Shown here: piece by piece, positions 38,911-51,190 of the stretch | Numbering within the stretch: the stretch's first letter is position 1 | How the letters are laid out: each line of letters opens with the position of its first letter | Source: Girardia tigrina | Taxonomy: Eukaryota | Direction: 5' to 3' | Assembly (NCBI GenBank): GCA_001938485.1 | Contig: MQRK01228564.1 | Location: forward strand, 1 to 64,000 | Length of the DNA: 64,000 nt | Program-made: the position numbers and the translations under genes | Notes under the pieces: generated by a model | Database searches by the model: none | Seen by the model: only the letters and a program-made list of their open reading frames with translations | What the model was told of the DNA's origin: nothing

Positions 38911-39280
38911 GATGGATCCTATACTTCCCAAAAGAGGTAATATCGGTTCAAATCCAGTGCGTCTTTCTAAGTATACACATATCGATTTTAAGTTTTTCAA
39001 AGATACTGGAGATGTTAAGTATCTTTTCGTCGGTCAAGCCTCTAACATTTCAAGTTTCAATCCTCAGTCCACTGCAAGTGGAATCCTTAACGAGGGATCC
39101 CCCTCTCAGGAGCTTAATGACTTCGGGTTTCTAGAATTTCCAGTAAGCCATTCGACACTATCATCATCCAAGTCTACGCACGAACAACTGACTGCGATGA
39201 GGAAGTCGTTGAAGAATTGAAATTGAAATGAAAATCTGGAGACGCTCATTGAAAAGACTCCAAAGAAAGATATTCTCATA

Positions 39281-39530
39281 ATCACTAATGAACACGGAAT
39301 CAAACCGACCACTGGTGTTTACGAAGGCGACAGTGATTTGCAATTACCGAGAATTTACGTTTACTTTACTTCTGGAATTCATGGAAAATGTGTCCCAATC
39401 AGCGTCATGGTTGAATTGAATAGTACCACTCTCGATTATGTACTGAATTCGAACCTTGGGAAATTCTTTCAACCCGATTATTTCATCGGAGGTTCCTCAA
39501 GTGCTTCTAAGAATCGCGAAAGACATACGG
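39281..39530 (+). pseudogene. Divergent beta-tubulin fragment (approx. residues 24-105)
   Basis: ITNEHGIKPTTGVYEGDSDLQLPRIYVYF...GKCVPISVMVEL...GKFFQPDYFIGGSSSASKN aligns by eye with [28 protein letters not shown]...GKYVPRAVLVDL...GQIFRPDNFVFGQSGAGNN. No MREI start and no downstream tubulin sequence. Confidence 0.88.
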
Positions 39531-40868
39531 CCATCTTCAGAGCCGAAATTCGTGATTGGAAAGTGAAGACGGATTGGACAACAACAATTATATTGCGGGT
39601 TAAGAAAAGTAATATTAAAACGGAAGCAGTTGGTCAAGTGTTGAACTGATTTGAGCGAGATTAATACTGATCAAAGTCCGAGATCAATCATCGTGTAAAA
39701 GGAAAGCAACAAAAAAGAGCTCAATTGGAAAAATTGAATTGAGAAGAATTATAATTAACCACAGAAAAATAAATTAAGAGAAAAGCTGTACGAACTACAA
39801 TTGAAAACAGATATATTATATATTAAACTCAATATATCATCTATATACCTAAATAATTTGCATGGATACTATTTGTTCCGTATTTTATCTAAAATCTTTT
39901 AAAAGCTAAGGTTAAGATTTCTATTTTTTTAGGCTTGTGTATGAACAAATATATATTTTAGTAAAAATAATTAATCCCTATTTTAAATTCCTTTTGAACA
40001 TTATTGTATATCACCTCTATACTCCAAAAATATAATAATTCTTTGAAAATAGACTTCATTGGGCCCCCTTTAGTTTAAGATACTAAAGCTTGGGGTCATA
40101 TGTCGTCGAAAATTTAGAAGCACAGGTTTAAAGTATTTCTAAATAAATGGTTTTTATTATATAAATGATGTGCTTCTTTATATCCACGTTTCTGGTCACT
40201 AAAATTCAGAACGAAGAGCTTATATATAAAAATGACTTATTTCAACCGTCACTAGTTGAATAAAAGCATTATCTGAGTTTTTTATTCCGACATATCTATG
40301 GGTATCGCAACTTACGATTTTTAAGTTTAAATTTAAAAAATTACAAATTACAATGATAAAAAAGTATTCCATATTATTATTTTTTTCTAAAAACTTTATA
40401 AAACTTCGATGAAAGAAACAATCAAATTGTATTTTACTGAACAATACCTTACAACAATATCTTTGTTCGTTTTTTTCTAGTCAACAACAATAGTATTATT
40501 CTATTTAAAAAATAAATGCATTAAAGAAAACCAATCAACTTGTATTTTATTTTTTTTCCAAATAAACAATGGTAGAAGGAAATTTTTAGATAAAAATATC
40601 TCTGCAGAAATTGCACTTAAGTATCAATTTTATTATTCTAATCGATATAATTTTAAATATTTGAAATTTGTAATGGAGTCTGATAAAATAATTTTTTATT
40701 TAATACATATATTTTTCGAATTCAATTGTAATGTTGAAAAAAATTAATTATCATGTTCAAAAAAATATACACGTTTAAGAACATAAATTGTCATTTTGTC
40801 TTATTTATTCACGTTTTACTATTACTAAGTTCTACTTAAACTAGTGAAAAATATCTTAGTATAAAAAA

Positions 40869-41672
40869 TCACACAATAGTCTTAATATGTTCACTTTCTT
40901 CCTGCAATATTTTGTTGTAAAACGAAAACAAATGAACACCTAAAGTCTCTTCAGACGCTTTCAAAATCCCATAAGTGTCCGATAATGCGGTGATATTTGT
41001 GAACAGAGAATTGAAATGCAACAAAACCCCCATGCTACAAATATCCCCATAGTGATGATTGTAGAAGTGTTCGAACATTGAAAACGTATTCGAAAAAAAC
41101 TGCGACAATTGTTTTCGAAAGTCTGCTGGTAACGCATCATTTTCGATTTTTCCCATTATATTTTCATCGTTTTTCAAAGCTTCAAAATCCACCATCAAAA
41201 CATCGATAAATAAAGGCCATGTTTTAATGGTTCCAGTGTGTGTCGTGAGATCGGTGTTCATGTAACTTTTATCGTTCAATGTCAATTTACAAAACGAGCT
41301 TTCATTTGCATAAAACGATTCTTCGTTTTCATTCAAAAATCCTGGTTGCGGTAACCCATAATATTGAATACTTCGACTGGCGTTTATACGGTTGATTGAT
41401 CTTTCATCGAGACAAAAGTACATCATTAAATTCCATAGATTTTTCAGTCGGTCGCTGATATGAAACACCATATATGCAATCCATTCATTCTCATCCACTT
41501 TCGGTGGAGCTCTTACAAAATCTTTCATTTGCATTCCTATTCGTAAAGTGTCAGGCATTCCGCCCTGAGGAGCAGAGCTTATCCCGTAATAAGTTTGGTG
41601 GGTTTTTTGAATCTCTTCCATCCGTTGACGTTTTACGGGACTGGAATAATCCGACACTGCATTACCGGCCAT
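40869..41672 (-). CDS. Divergent MOB kinase activator (Mob1/phocein family) protein, single exon, 267 aa
   Basis: VRAPPKVDENEWIA (compare VxLPxGEDLNEWIA), YFC, LPADF, FEHFYNHHY (H-x4-H), LHFNSLF. Uninterrupted ORF. Confidence 0.85.
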   Translation of the reverse strand: MAGNAVSDYSSPVKRQRMEEIQKTHQTYYGISSAPQGGMPDTLRIGMQMKDFVRAPPKVDENEWIAYMVFHISDRLKNLWNLMMYFCLDERSINRINASRSIQYYGLPQPGFLNENEESFYANESSFCKLTLNDKSYMNTDLTTHTGTIKTWPLFIDVLMVDFEALKNDENIMGKIENDALPADFRKQLSQFFSNTFSMFEHFYNHHYGDICSMGVLLHFNSLFTNITALSDTYGILKASEETLGVHLFSFYNKILQEESEHIKTIV

Positions 41673-42087
41673 ATCGAAACTAGTAAATTAATAATCTCAA
41701 GACAAATTCACGTCCAATTACTCAAGCTTTATTATTCAATCATTTCTTTCTTTAATCAGACATAAAATATTGATATATATATATATATTGATTTTTGAAG
41801 ATTTAAAATATCTAATATAAATAAAAAATAACATATCGAAAAAGTTTAGAAAAAAATCATAAATTTTTTTGAAAAACTTTAAATTCCATGAAACGAAAAA
41901 AAACGTTAAAATAAATTTATCAAAATTATCAATAAAAAAATAAAACTATCGAAATAAATAAACTTCTATTTAAATATAACGGTAACACATAATATTTTTC
42001 ATTTGTTTTACTGACTGTGATAAGTTGCCATTTTGAAAAAAATTGAACGAAACTATAACTCGTAAATAACGAATTTAAATCGGAAAA

Positions 42088-45000
42088 ATGGATTCACTAA
42101 ACACTTCATGTCCTGCCTTGTCATATATCATTGATTTATCGTCGATGGAAGTGTCGCCAATTTACAAAGGAAAATGTAAACCGAATGTCAAATCGAACAG
42201 TTGTAATAGTTCGTATTTGGACAACAATTCCTCGGACTCGGTGTCCGGTCAAGGTGACATGCCGATCTCGAGAAAAACTCTGGAATTATTTAGTAAAACG
42301 CCGCGAAGTCCCGTTAGTATTGACGACATTGAAAGAAAATTGAAAGAAGCGACCGACCGACGGCGATCGATTTTGAATGTGAATAATTTTAATTTACTAT
42401 TTAAAAGTGTACTTGATTATCGGTCCCCTGCGGTTTGAGAGTGGAAAAAAATAACTTAAAGCGCGTGCTACACATTATCTTCATTTAAGACCTTTAAATG
42501 TATCTTTTGTTTCAGTTTTATTAGAAATTTGATTCTGCTATTTTTAAAATATTTTTTTAGAATATTTTATAAATTACTTTAAGTCATTTTTAAAAATATT
42601 CTTTTAGTTTGAACAAAAATTATCAATTTTTCAAAATTTTTAAAATCGAATAAAAATTAGTAAGTAATAATAATAAAAGGAAAAATTCATTTTTATTCAA
42701 TGAAATTCGTATTTTAAAAATATTAAATATTAACTGAAATTAATAAAATAAAAAGTATATTTAAAATTCAAAAAAATTTAAGAATTAAATTAAAATAATT
42801 TGTCGACAAATTATCTGATAATAACTGAAAACCGAAAATATTTTAGATTTTAAATATAGGAAATTTTCAGAAATAAATTAAAATAATTAGTTGATTTATT
42901 TAAAAATTAACATTTTTTAACTGAAAAAAGTATTAAAAAGATTTTTATTTTGCATTAAAATGACTTATAAAATATTTGAAAAATTATTTAAATAAATAGC
43001 AGAATCAAATTTCTAGTTAAACCGAATCAAAATAGAAACTTAAACAACTTAAATGAAGATAATGTGCAAAAACGAATGTGCAACACGTAGTTTAATCTAA
43101 AATTTTCCATATAATTAAGTTTTCAAACCGCTGGGGACCGATAATCAAGCACACCAATATTTAATAAATATTAATAAAATATTTTTGAATACACCCGTAC
43201 ATTACTCCACTTACATAGGACACTCTATTCATAAGAGTTAAAAAACTAACAAAATAAATGCTATCTCACCATTTTTTCATTTTGATATAACATGCTCATT
43301 TTAAAAAGGCATTAATATATGAAGAAAGATTAATATATGAATATATAGATATGAATAATATAGATTAATATATGAAGAAAGCAGAAACAATAAATATAAA
43401 TACAAAAACACATACAAACCACAAACGCACCAAAAAATTCGAAGACACTAATATACAAGGAATATTTTTGAATGGTGTTTATTGTTTGGTATATTGTTTT
43501 AGGATTGTGTTTCTCCCACCCAGATGGAGATTGAAATTTTAAATACAGTCAACCCTCATTAATCCGAAAAATTAAAAATCGAATTCCTTTCGGATTGTGA
43601 AATAATTCGGATAATGAGGGAATATAAAATCAATATTATTATTAAATAAATNNNNNNNNNNNNNNNNNNNNNNNNNNNNNNNNNNNNNNNNNNNNNNNNN
43701 NNNNNNNNNNNNNNNNNNNNNNNNNNNNNNNNNNNNNNNNNNNNNNNNNNNNNNNNNNNNNNNNNNNNNNNNNNNNNNNNNNNNNNNNNNNNNNNNNNNN
43801 NNNNNNNNNNNNNNNNNNNNNNNNNNNNNNNNNNNNNNNNNNNNNNNNNNNNNNNNNNNNNNNNNNNNNNNNNNNNNNNNNNNNNNNNNNNNNNNNNNNN
43901 NNNNNNNNNNNNNNNNNNNNNNNNNNNNNNNNNNNNNNNNNNNNNNNNNNNNNNNNNNNNNNNNNNNNNNNNNNNNNNNNNNNNNNNNNNNNNNNNNNNN
44001 NNNNNNNNNNNNNNNNNNNNNNNNNNNNNNNNNNNNNNNNNNNNNNNNNNNNNNNNNNNNNNNNNNNNNNNNNNNNNNNNNNNNNNNNNNNNNNNNNNNN
44101 NNNNNNNNNNNNNNNNNNNNNNNNNNNNNNNNNNNNNNNNNNNNNNNNNNNNNNNNNNNNNNNNNNNNNNNNNNNNNNNNNNNNNNNNNNNNNNNNNNNN
44201 NNNNNNNNNNNNNNNNNNNNNNNNNNNNNNNNNNNNNNNNNNNNNNNNNNNNNNNNNNNNNNNNNNNNNNNNNNNNNNNNNNNNNNNNNNNNNNNNNNNN
44301 NNNNNNNNNNNNNNNNNNNNNNNNNNNNNNNNNNNNNNNNNNNNNNNNNNNNNNNNNNNNNNNNNNNNNNNNNNNNNNNNNNNNNNNNNNNNNNNNNNNN
44401 NNNNNNNNNNNNNNNNNNNNNNNNNNNNNNNNNNNNNNNNNNNNNNNNNNNNNNNNNNNNNNNNNNNNNNNNNNNNNNNNNNNNNNNNNNNNNNNNNNNN
44501 NNNNNNNNNNNNNNNNNNNNNNNNNNNNNNNNNNNNNNNNNNNNNNNNNNNNNNNNNNNNNNNNNNNNNNNNNNNNNNNNNNNNNNNNNNNNNNNNNNNN
44601 NNNNNNNNNNNNNNNNNNNNNNNNNNNATAATATTTTCTTAAAATAAATAAAAATTATTTCAAAATTAAAGTATAAATTATTTTTGTAATAATTAAATTG
44701 TAATTTAAATTTGTTTGAATAATAAGACGTTAAAGAATATTATTAATGATTATCAATCAAGAAGGATGACGAGCTACGCAAGTTTTACGGATAATTGTTC
44801 TAGTGGCAATTCAAATTGTGATATTAATAAATGTAAAGAAAACTCAATTATGCAACGCTACATACATTGGAGAGACGTTTCGTCATCTCTGTAAACGGAT
44901 TCAGGAGCATGGACGATTGGGTAAGGGGAGTAACACTGCTGGACAATCACAATTGATTAAATATTAAAACAAATATATATTTTTAATATTAACTGCATCA

Positions 45001-48000
45001 AAAGTGCAAAAAAATCAAATTCAAGAAATTCTTTTGTAATATTCTGATATTATAATTCACGAAATATTTACATTTGATATTTAATTTGATTTATGTTTTC
45101 ATATTTATATTTTCGTGAAATTGATTTTCAATAATGGGAAATTGATTTTCAATAATGTGAAATTGATTTTCATTTGTGTGAAATTGAATTGTAAAAGGTG
45201 TAGTATCAAAAATCTACAGAATTCCTTTATCAAATAACTCAGTATCACGAAGAGTTCAGGATATGTTTGATGACGTAGAAATAATAATAATTTATAGAAT
45301 TAAAAACAGCAAATTTTTTTGCCATTCAAGTTGATAAAAGTACAGATGTCGCTAATTTTGCTGTTTTGCTTGTAATAGCAAGATATTTGTATAATAAAGA
45401 AGTTGAAGAAAATTTTTTATTTTGTCACAATTTATCAGAGCACACAAGAGGAGAGGATATATTTAATGCTATTGATGATTATTTTAAAAATAAAGGCATT
45501 GTTTGGGTTAAGTGTTGCAGATTATGTACGGATGGTACTAAATCTATATCTGGAATTTACTCTGGTCTCCGTAGTTATGTCATGAAAGTGGCTCCTAACA
45601 TAAATTGGAGCTACTGTTGCAACCATTGGCAAAATTTAGAATCTAAGAGCCTGCCTTGTGGATTAAAACTGGTCCTTGAAGAAACTGTGAAGGTAGTTAA
45701 TTTTATAAAATTGAAAGCCTCAAACTCTAGAATTTTCAAAGCTCTGTGTAACGAAATGCTTAGTTCTTATTCTGAATTACTTTTTCACGCAGAAGTTAGA
45801 TGGCTTTCGTGTGGTACAAGTTTTTTTCCTTTCCAACTTTCTTCTAAATTGTACAATGAAAAATGGCTTCAGGGTCTGTCATATTTATCATATATTTTTT
45901 TAAAAATTAATAACTTAAATTTAAGTCTTCAAAATACTTCGATAAATATATTTAATGTGTCTACTAAAATTAAATATATGGTTAAAAAATTGATTTTTGG
46001 AAATTGTGTATTGAAAATGACCAACATGAAGTATTTTAAAATTTACATAATTTTTTATCTGAAAATAAATTACTACCCCCTACCCAGAGATAAACCAGCA
46101 GATAATTTAACATTTACAAGAACTAAAATTAGATTTTCAAAAATATTTTCCAAAACCTGAAGATAAAAACTATTGGATTATAAATCCATTTTAAGAAGAA
46201 TATTTTCAAGTGGCCGATTTAACAATCAAAAACAAAGAGAAATTAATAGAACTATATCCGGATACAACTTTAAAAGGCGATTCTAAAGCAAAAAAATCTA
46301 CTTAATTTTTGGATAGATATTACCACCGAATTTGAAGTTCTTTCTGATAAAACTTATTAATTTTTGTCACCGTTTACAAGTATAGAGCTTGTAGAACGAA
46401 CTTTTTCTTCCTATATATTTATTAAAAATAAATATCGTAATAAGTTGAATGCTAGTCCAGATTTAAGATTATATCTGACATCTGTTGATCCTGACATTAA
46501 AAAATAAATGTTTAATTAATAAATGTTTCAAAACTCATTTTTGTGTGTGAAAAATAAAAAGAAAAAAATCTTTTACACAAAATCTTTATTAAATTAAAAA
46601 ACTACCAAAATTTTGTTTATTAAAGTAAAATTGTTGATTGAATTTTTTTTATTGAGTTTTTTGTTTAACATTTATTTTCGACCCCCGATTGCTAGGATTA
46701 ACAAGATGGGAGACATAAAAAAATACTAATTAGATTAAAAAACATATATTAAAGAAAAGTCATATATCAAATTCCACCGGGTGGCATTAAGTAAATTAAT
46801 TTAAAATTTAAATTAAATTAAAATTTAATGTTGAAATTGCGTGTACTACACTCATATTAATGTTATTAATTTTAATAAGGTCTGACATTTCATCTGATAA
46901 CAGAAAATTAATTCTTTTGGCATCCTCAAAATATTCTTGGCACTCCAATACCATTGCATACAATCGTTTAACTCTTAGGGAATCTAAAAATTTGATTTAA
47001 AGTGAATGGAAACATTCCATGGAAATATTCTTGCAGACCGTGTCCAAAAGCGCAATAAACACTTGCTTGTAAATCACCCTATTAGGTTCGTGATTAAAAT
47101 TGGAAGTCATAATTTTGTAAACTTTATTTCTACTACATTTTTCATTATTGAAACAAATTTATGAGGAACAATATTTTAATTACATAATCCAGATCTCAAA
47201 ATTCTAAATATAAATAATAATATATCGATAAATATATAAATATGTTATTTTATTCAATTTTGATTTTTTTTGATTTTAAGTCATTCGATTATAAATTATT
47301 TCTTTTTTTTATTTGTTTTTTAATAAAATTGCAAAAATAACTTACCAATTTAAAATACAAAAATATTTAGCAATATTTAAATTTATTATTTTATACAGAT
47401 TCATTAATTATAAAATTTTTAATATATATATATATCTATATTTTATCTATTATTTATCGAATTTTAATTTGCACAATTTCCAACTGCCTTTTAACTTTAA
47501 ATTATCTTTTTTTATTACATCTCTGACAACAAAAATTTTATCAAAAAATTCTTCCGAATAACTCTTAAAATAAATGATAAACAATTAAAATTCAATTATT
47601 TATGATATTAACTTTTTTAAAATTAATTAAGATTTTTTTTACTAATAACTGTTTAAAACTTTTGATTTTATTTTAGAGATTATTTATAACAATTAATTAT
47701 TTCCAAAAATTTAAAGAATGAGCTTGTTCTTTTTTAAGAATTTAAAAGGTTTTTATTTTAAAGAATTATTTCATTCTAATTATTATTTTTAATTTACTTA
47801 AAATACAAATATGATTTTTAAAAAATATCAAAAATTTAAAGTTCACCAAAAGTAACCCCAACACACCCAAATCACTTTTCCGAGTTTAGAACAAATCTCT
47901 AACACTCATACTATAGCTCAATCACTCGCTCGCTCTCTTTTCAGCGTTTTTCTCGGATTTCTTTCAACTCTAGATACGCGTCTTCCAAACTCATTGATTT

Positions 48001-49059
48001 TTGTTTTAGCAATAATATTAAATTTTTATGATTCTAAGAAGACAGAAATTTTGATACCTTTTATTGTTTTTAAATACAATTCACAATATGATAATTTTTA
48101 AACTTTTCAGTAAGTACATAAATTCACAGAGTTCTCACATAAAGAAAATATTCTGATGAGGTAAAACAAATCAATATCTTATAAACATAAATAATTGATT
48201 TTTCCTTTTTCCACCTTCAATTTTTATTTTTTATCTAATTTAATTTTTTGTAAAAGTAAATATTAATATTATTATTTAATCCGGAACAGTGATGAAAATA
48301 CTAATTGTCGGGGTTCTTTTTGGTGATCTTTAAATTTTTGATATTTTTAAATTTTCGATATTTTTAAAAATCATATTTATATTTTAAATAAATCAAAAAT
48401 AATATTAAAAATTTTATTAANNNNNNNNNNNNNNNNNNNNNNNNNNNNNNNNNNNNNNNNNNNNNNNNNNNNNNNNNNNNNNNNNNNNNNNNNNNNNNNN
48501 NNNNNNNNNNNNNNNNNNNNNNNNNNNNNNNNNNNNNNNNNNNNNNNNNNNNNNNNNNNNNNNNNNNNNNNNNNNNNNNNNNNNNNNNNNNNNNNNNNNN
48601 NNNNNAAATGAATAAAATAACATTTATTTATTTATCGATATTATTATGTATATTTAGAATTTTTAGATCTGGATTATGAAATTGAAATAGTTCCTCATAA
48701 ATTTGTTTCAATAATGAAAATTGTGGTATAAATAAAAGTTTGCAAATTATGAATTCTGATTTCAATCACGAACCTAATACTAATAATTAATAATAAAAAT
48801 AAATAATATTAATATTAATATTTAATATATATTTAATAAAATATTATTTAATAATAATAATTAGGATAAGAAGCGAAAGAGCGAACTGGAGATCAACAAG
48901 ATATCGGCGGGAATTGAGACTCGGTCCAAGCAAATCAGTGAGATAATCAACAAAAAGAAAATCGAATTAGAGGAGGATATTCGCATCAAGTTTGAGAGAC
49001 GCCAACAGTTTTTGACTACTGAGCAACTGAAAGCCAAGAGAGAGGTCGATAATATATAA
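42088..49059 (+). CDS. Stathmin-like coiled-coil protein, two predicted exons
   Basis: Exon 42088-42378 (...TPRSPVSIDDIERKLKEATDRRRSILN|GT) joins in phase 0 to exon 48865-49059 (AG|DKKRKSELEINK...KFERRQQFL). Resembles stathmin SLEEIQKKLEAAEERRKS. The 3' end is uncertain and the intron contains gaps. Confidence 0.7.
43455..44829 (+). mobile_element. Probable TG...TA-family LTR interrupted by a pogo-like end and an assembly gap
   Basis: AGGAATATT...TCTCCCACCCAGATGG at 43458-43527. TA|CAGTCAACCCTCATTAATCCG at ~43546. Family-like 3' end CAAATTGTGATATTAATA at 44829. Flanks AATAT/AATGT (4/5). Confidence 0.55.
44830..44940 (+). mobile_element. Penelope-like GIY-YIG fragment
   Basis: CNATYIGETFRHLCKRIQEH. 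Confidence 0.75.
45190..46500 (+). mobile_element. hAT (Buster/Charlie, SCAND3/ZBED8-like) transposase remnant
   Basis: ARYL...EENFLFC...TRGEDIF...LCTDG...LLFHAEVRWLS in ORF 45366-46160, then ERTFS...IKNKYRNKL downstream. Frameshifted. Confidence 0.9.
47082..48777. mobile_element. mariner-type non-autonomous element with ~175-bp TIRs
   Basis: 47082-~47260 is an imperfect reverse complement of 48606-48777. Ends TA|TTAGGTTCGTGATT ... AATCACGAACCTAA|TA. Confidence 0.8.
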
Positions 49060-49169
49060 TAATTAGTCATTCTTACTTATTAAAAATATTGATTATTTAA
49101 CTAATTTTATTACTTAATTTTAAACATTACTTAATTTTAAACATTACTTAATTTTAAACATTCATTGTA

Positions 49170-49640
49170 TCCAGAATGGATTTTTCTTTAGTAAATGCAG
49201 CCTTCAATTTTTCTTTGTAATTTTTACCGTGCATCTGAATATTTTTTTATTGCCGATGGTGTCATAAACACAGTCACCATCCCTATTTTCCTCTCTTCTG
49301 CTATACCCATAATGTCGGTATAGCGTTCGAAATTATCAATGAAATCTTCCAAATCCGATTCTGATCCATTGAATTTTTCACATCCCATAATGTTCGTTGT
49401 CACGTGAGCCGTGGTCGCCATATTAACAACATCACAATTTGAATGCAAACATTTATTTACAACACAAACAGATTCTTCACAACAATTTTCAGAGGTCATC
49501 TTTCTTTGATTGATATAGTTTTTGATTAAATATTCAAATATGAAAAAATTAATGAATGGGAAATTTTAATATTACATTTTAATTTCTCATAATTTTATTT
49601 GATAAAAAGACATTATGTAATTTTTTAAATAAACATTTTA
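49170..49640 (-). mobile_element. 5' fragment of the TG...TA-family LTR retrotransposon: LTR 3' half, PBS, gag start
   Basis: The LTR ends ...GTTAATA at 49421, directly followed by TGGCGACCACG (tRNA-Arg-type PBS) and gag-like MATT...EKFNGSESDLEDFIDNFERY. Confidence 0.85.
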
Positions 49641-49659
49641 AATAAACATTTTATAAATT

Positions 49660-51190
49660 AGTCATTTTCATGAATTTGTTCGATTACATCCGCTATTAAC
49701 GGTATTGGAAAGGCTTCAAACTCTGTAAATCTATTAATAGTTGAGGCATAATCTACTACCATACGACGTTTTCCATTTTCATTATGTACTACTACGATTT
49801 GAGAACGCAAGGACGAATTGGAAGGCGCAATGACTCCTTCATTGCGTAGCTTTTTATTTTCATCACGTATGTACTTTTGATCTTTCTATCGTTTCCTTGA
49901 TGGGCAACGTATTAGAACGGCAACGAGGGGAACTCTGAGTCTGACATCTAAATTAGTACTTATGACATTTGATTGGCTCACTGCACCAACTGTGAGAATA
50001 GGGAGATTTCCTCCAAATTAAACTTAAATTCTTTGAACTGTAAAAGCACGGGCATACCAAGAATAACCGCGTCATAGATACCTTGAATGATAAAAATTCA
50101 GTCGAAAACTGGCTGATTTTGCCAATGTGTAGATAAATTTTTGCTTTTTCAATCACTTTTATAAGTGATCCACTTATAGACTGAGCTTTTTGATCAGTGG
50201 GAACAAGGTCTTTAATGTCACATTTTGAGAAATATTTTTACGTAAAAGAGATACCTCACTTCCAGTATCAATCAACCAATCCACCTTTGTTTTATTAACA
50301 TAACCTGTGACATATTACCGATTGCCTTGGTAATCTTTAAGAACTGATGATACTATAAATCAGAAGATTGCACTGTTGATGCCTTTTCTTGCATACTGAC
50401 TCAAAATGACCTTGGGTATTACATTTTCTGCAATACTTTTCTTTTGCGGGGCACTCTTTGTGTCCGTGTATTGACTTTGACCCAAACCAATAACAATTAC
50501 GGCCATGAGGAATCATCGTAGTTACAGATGAAATTTTATTTGTTGATACACTAACGTCTGAGGTTTGGTTATTGATGCTTTCCATGGCATTAATCGTTGA
50601 TTCTTCTACTAGAACCGCGATAGCATCATCTAAACTGAACGTTTTGGCATCTTAATGACATAACGCAAAAGTATGGCGTACAGTTTTGCGGTTTTCTCTA
50701 GAATATAATCCTTGAGCAAAAGCGTCACGCAATGCTTCACCAGAAAACGACGCCGGAAAATTGTAATACTTGATAATCTGCCTTAAAGTACTGACAAAAT
50801 CATGAATTGATTGATTTTGTGATTGCTCTGACGAGTATAGCGAATTCTCTCACTTAAAATATTTCTGCCTCCATTGAACTTTGCTGAAATAAAGTTTTTT
50901 GCACTATATACTGCATCATACCAGCCTTTATCTCACTTTCAGTTAAATCGGCCCAAACAACATCATCATAATACCTGGATATTTTCTCTCCGACCATAAC
51001 AGAAATATGTCCAACTTATCTTCCTCGGCCGGCTTGAAACGCATATAAAACGCTCAAACTGTGATATAAATCCATCAAATGCCTCAGTCGAATTACCAAT
51101 TAATTGAGGCTGATTCATTTTCATTTATTATTATTGTGAAAATTGTTGTAAAAGAAAAGATAAAGCTGTTCAATAACTTTATTTCACAAT
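49660..51190 (-). mobile_element. Gypsy (Mag-like) gag-protease-RT fragment
   Basis: Tandem knuckles ...HGHKECPAKEKYCRKCNTQGHFESVC, protease LIDTGSEVS (~50250-50280), RT start GKRRMVVDY...IN...FPIP (~49700-49780). Confidence 0.85.

Noticed and set aside
45115-45190. Short tandem repeats (20-bp units here, 17-bp x3 at ~49110-49162)
   Set aside because: Ordinary slippage duplications with no further structure.
48150-48180. Other CTGATGA/CTGACGA hits (48153, 50344, 60964) as hammerheads
   Set aside because: No stem II followed by GAAA.
48417-48623. ORFs spanning N runs or (TA)n (also 57670-57876)
   Set aside because: Artefacts of gaps and microsatellites.
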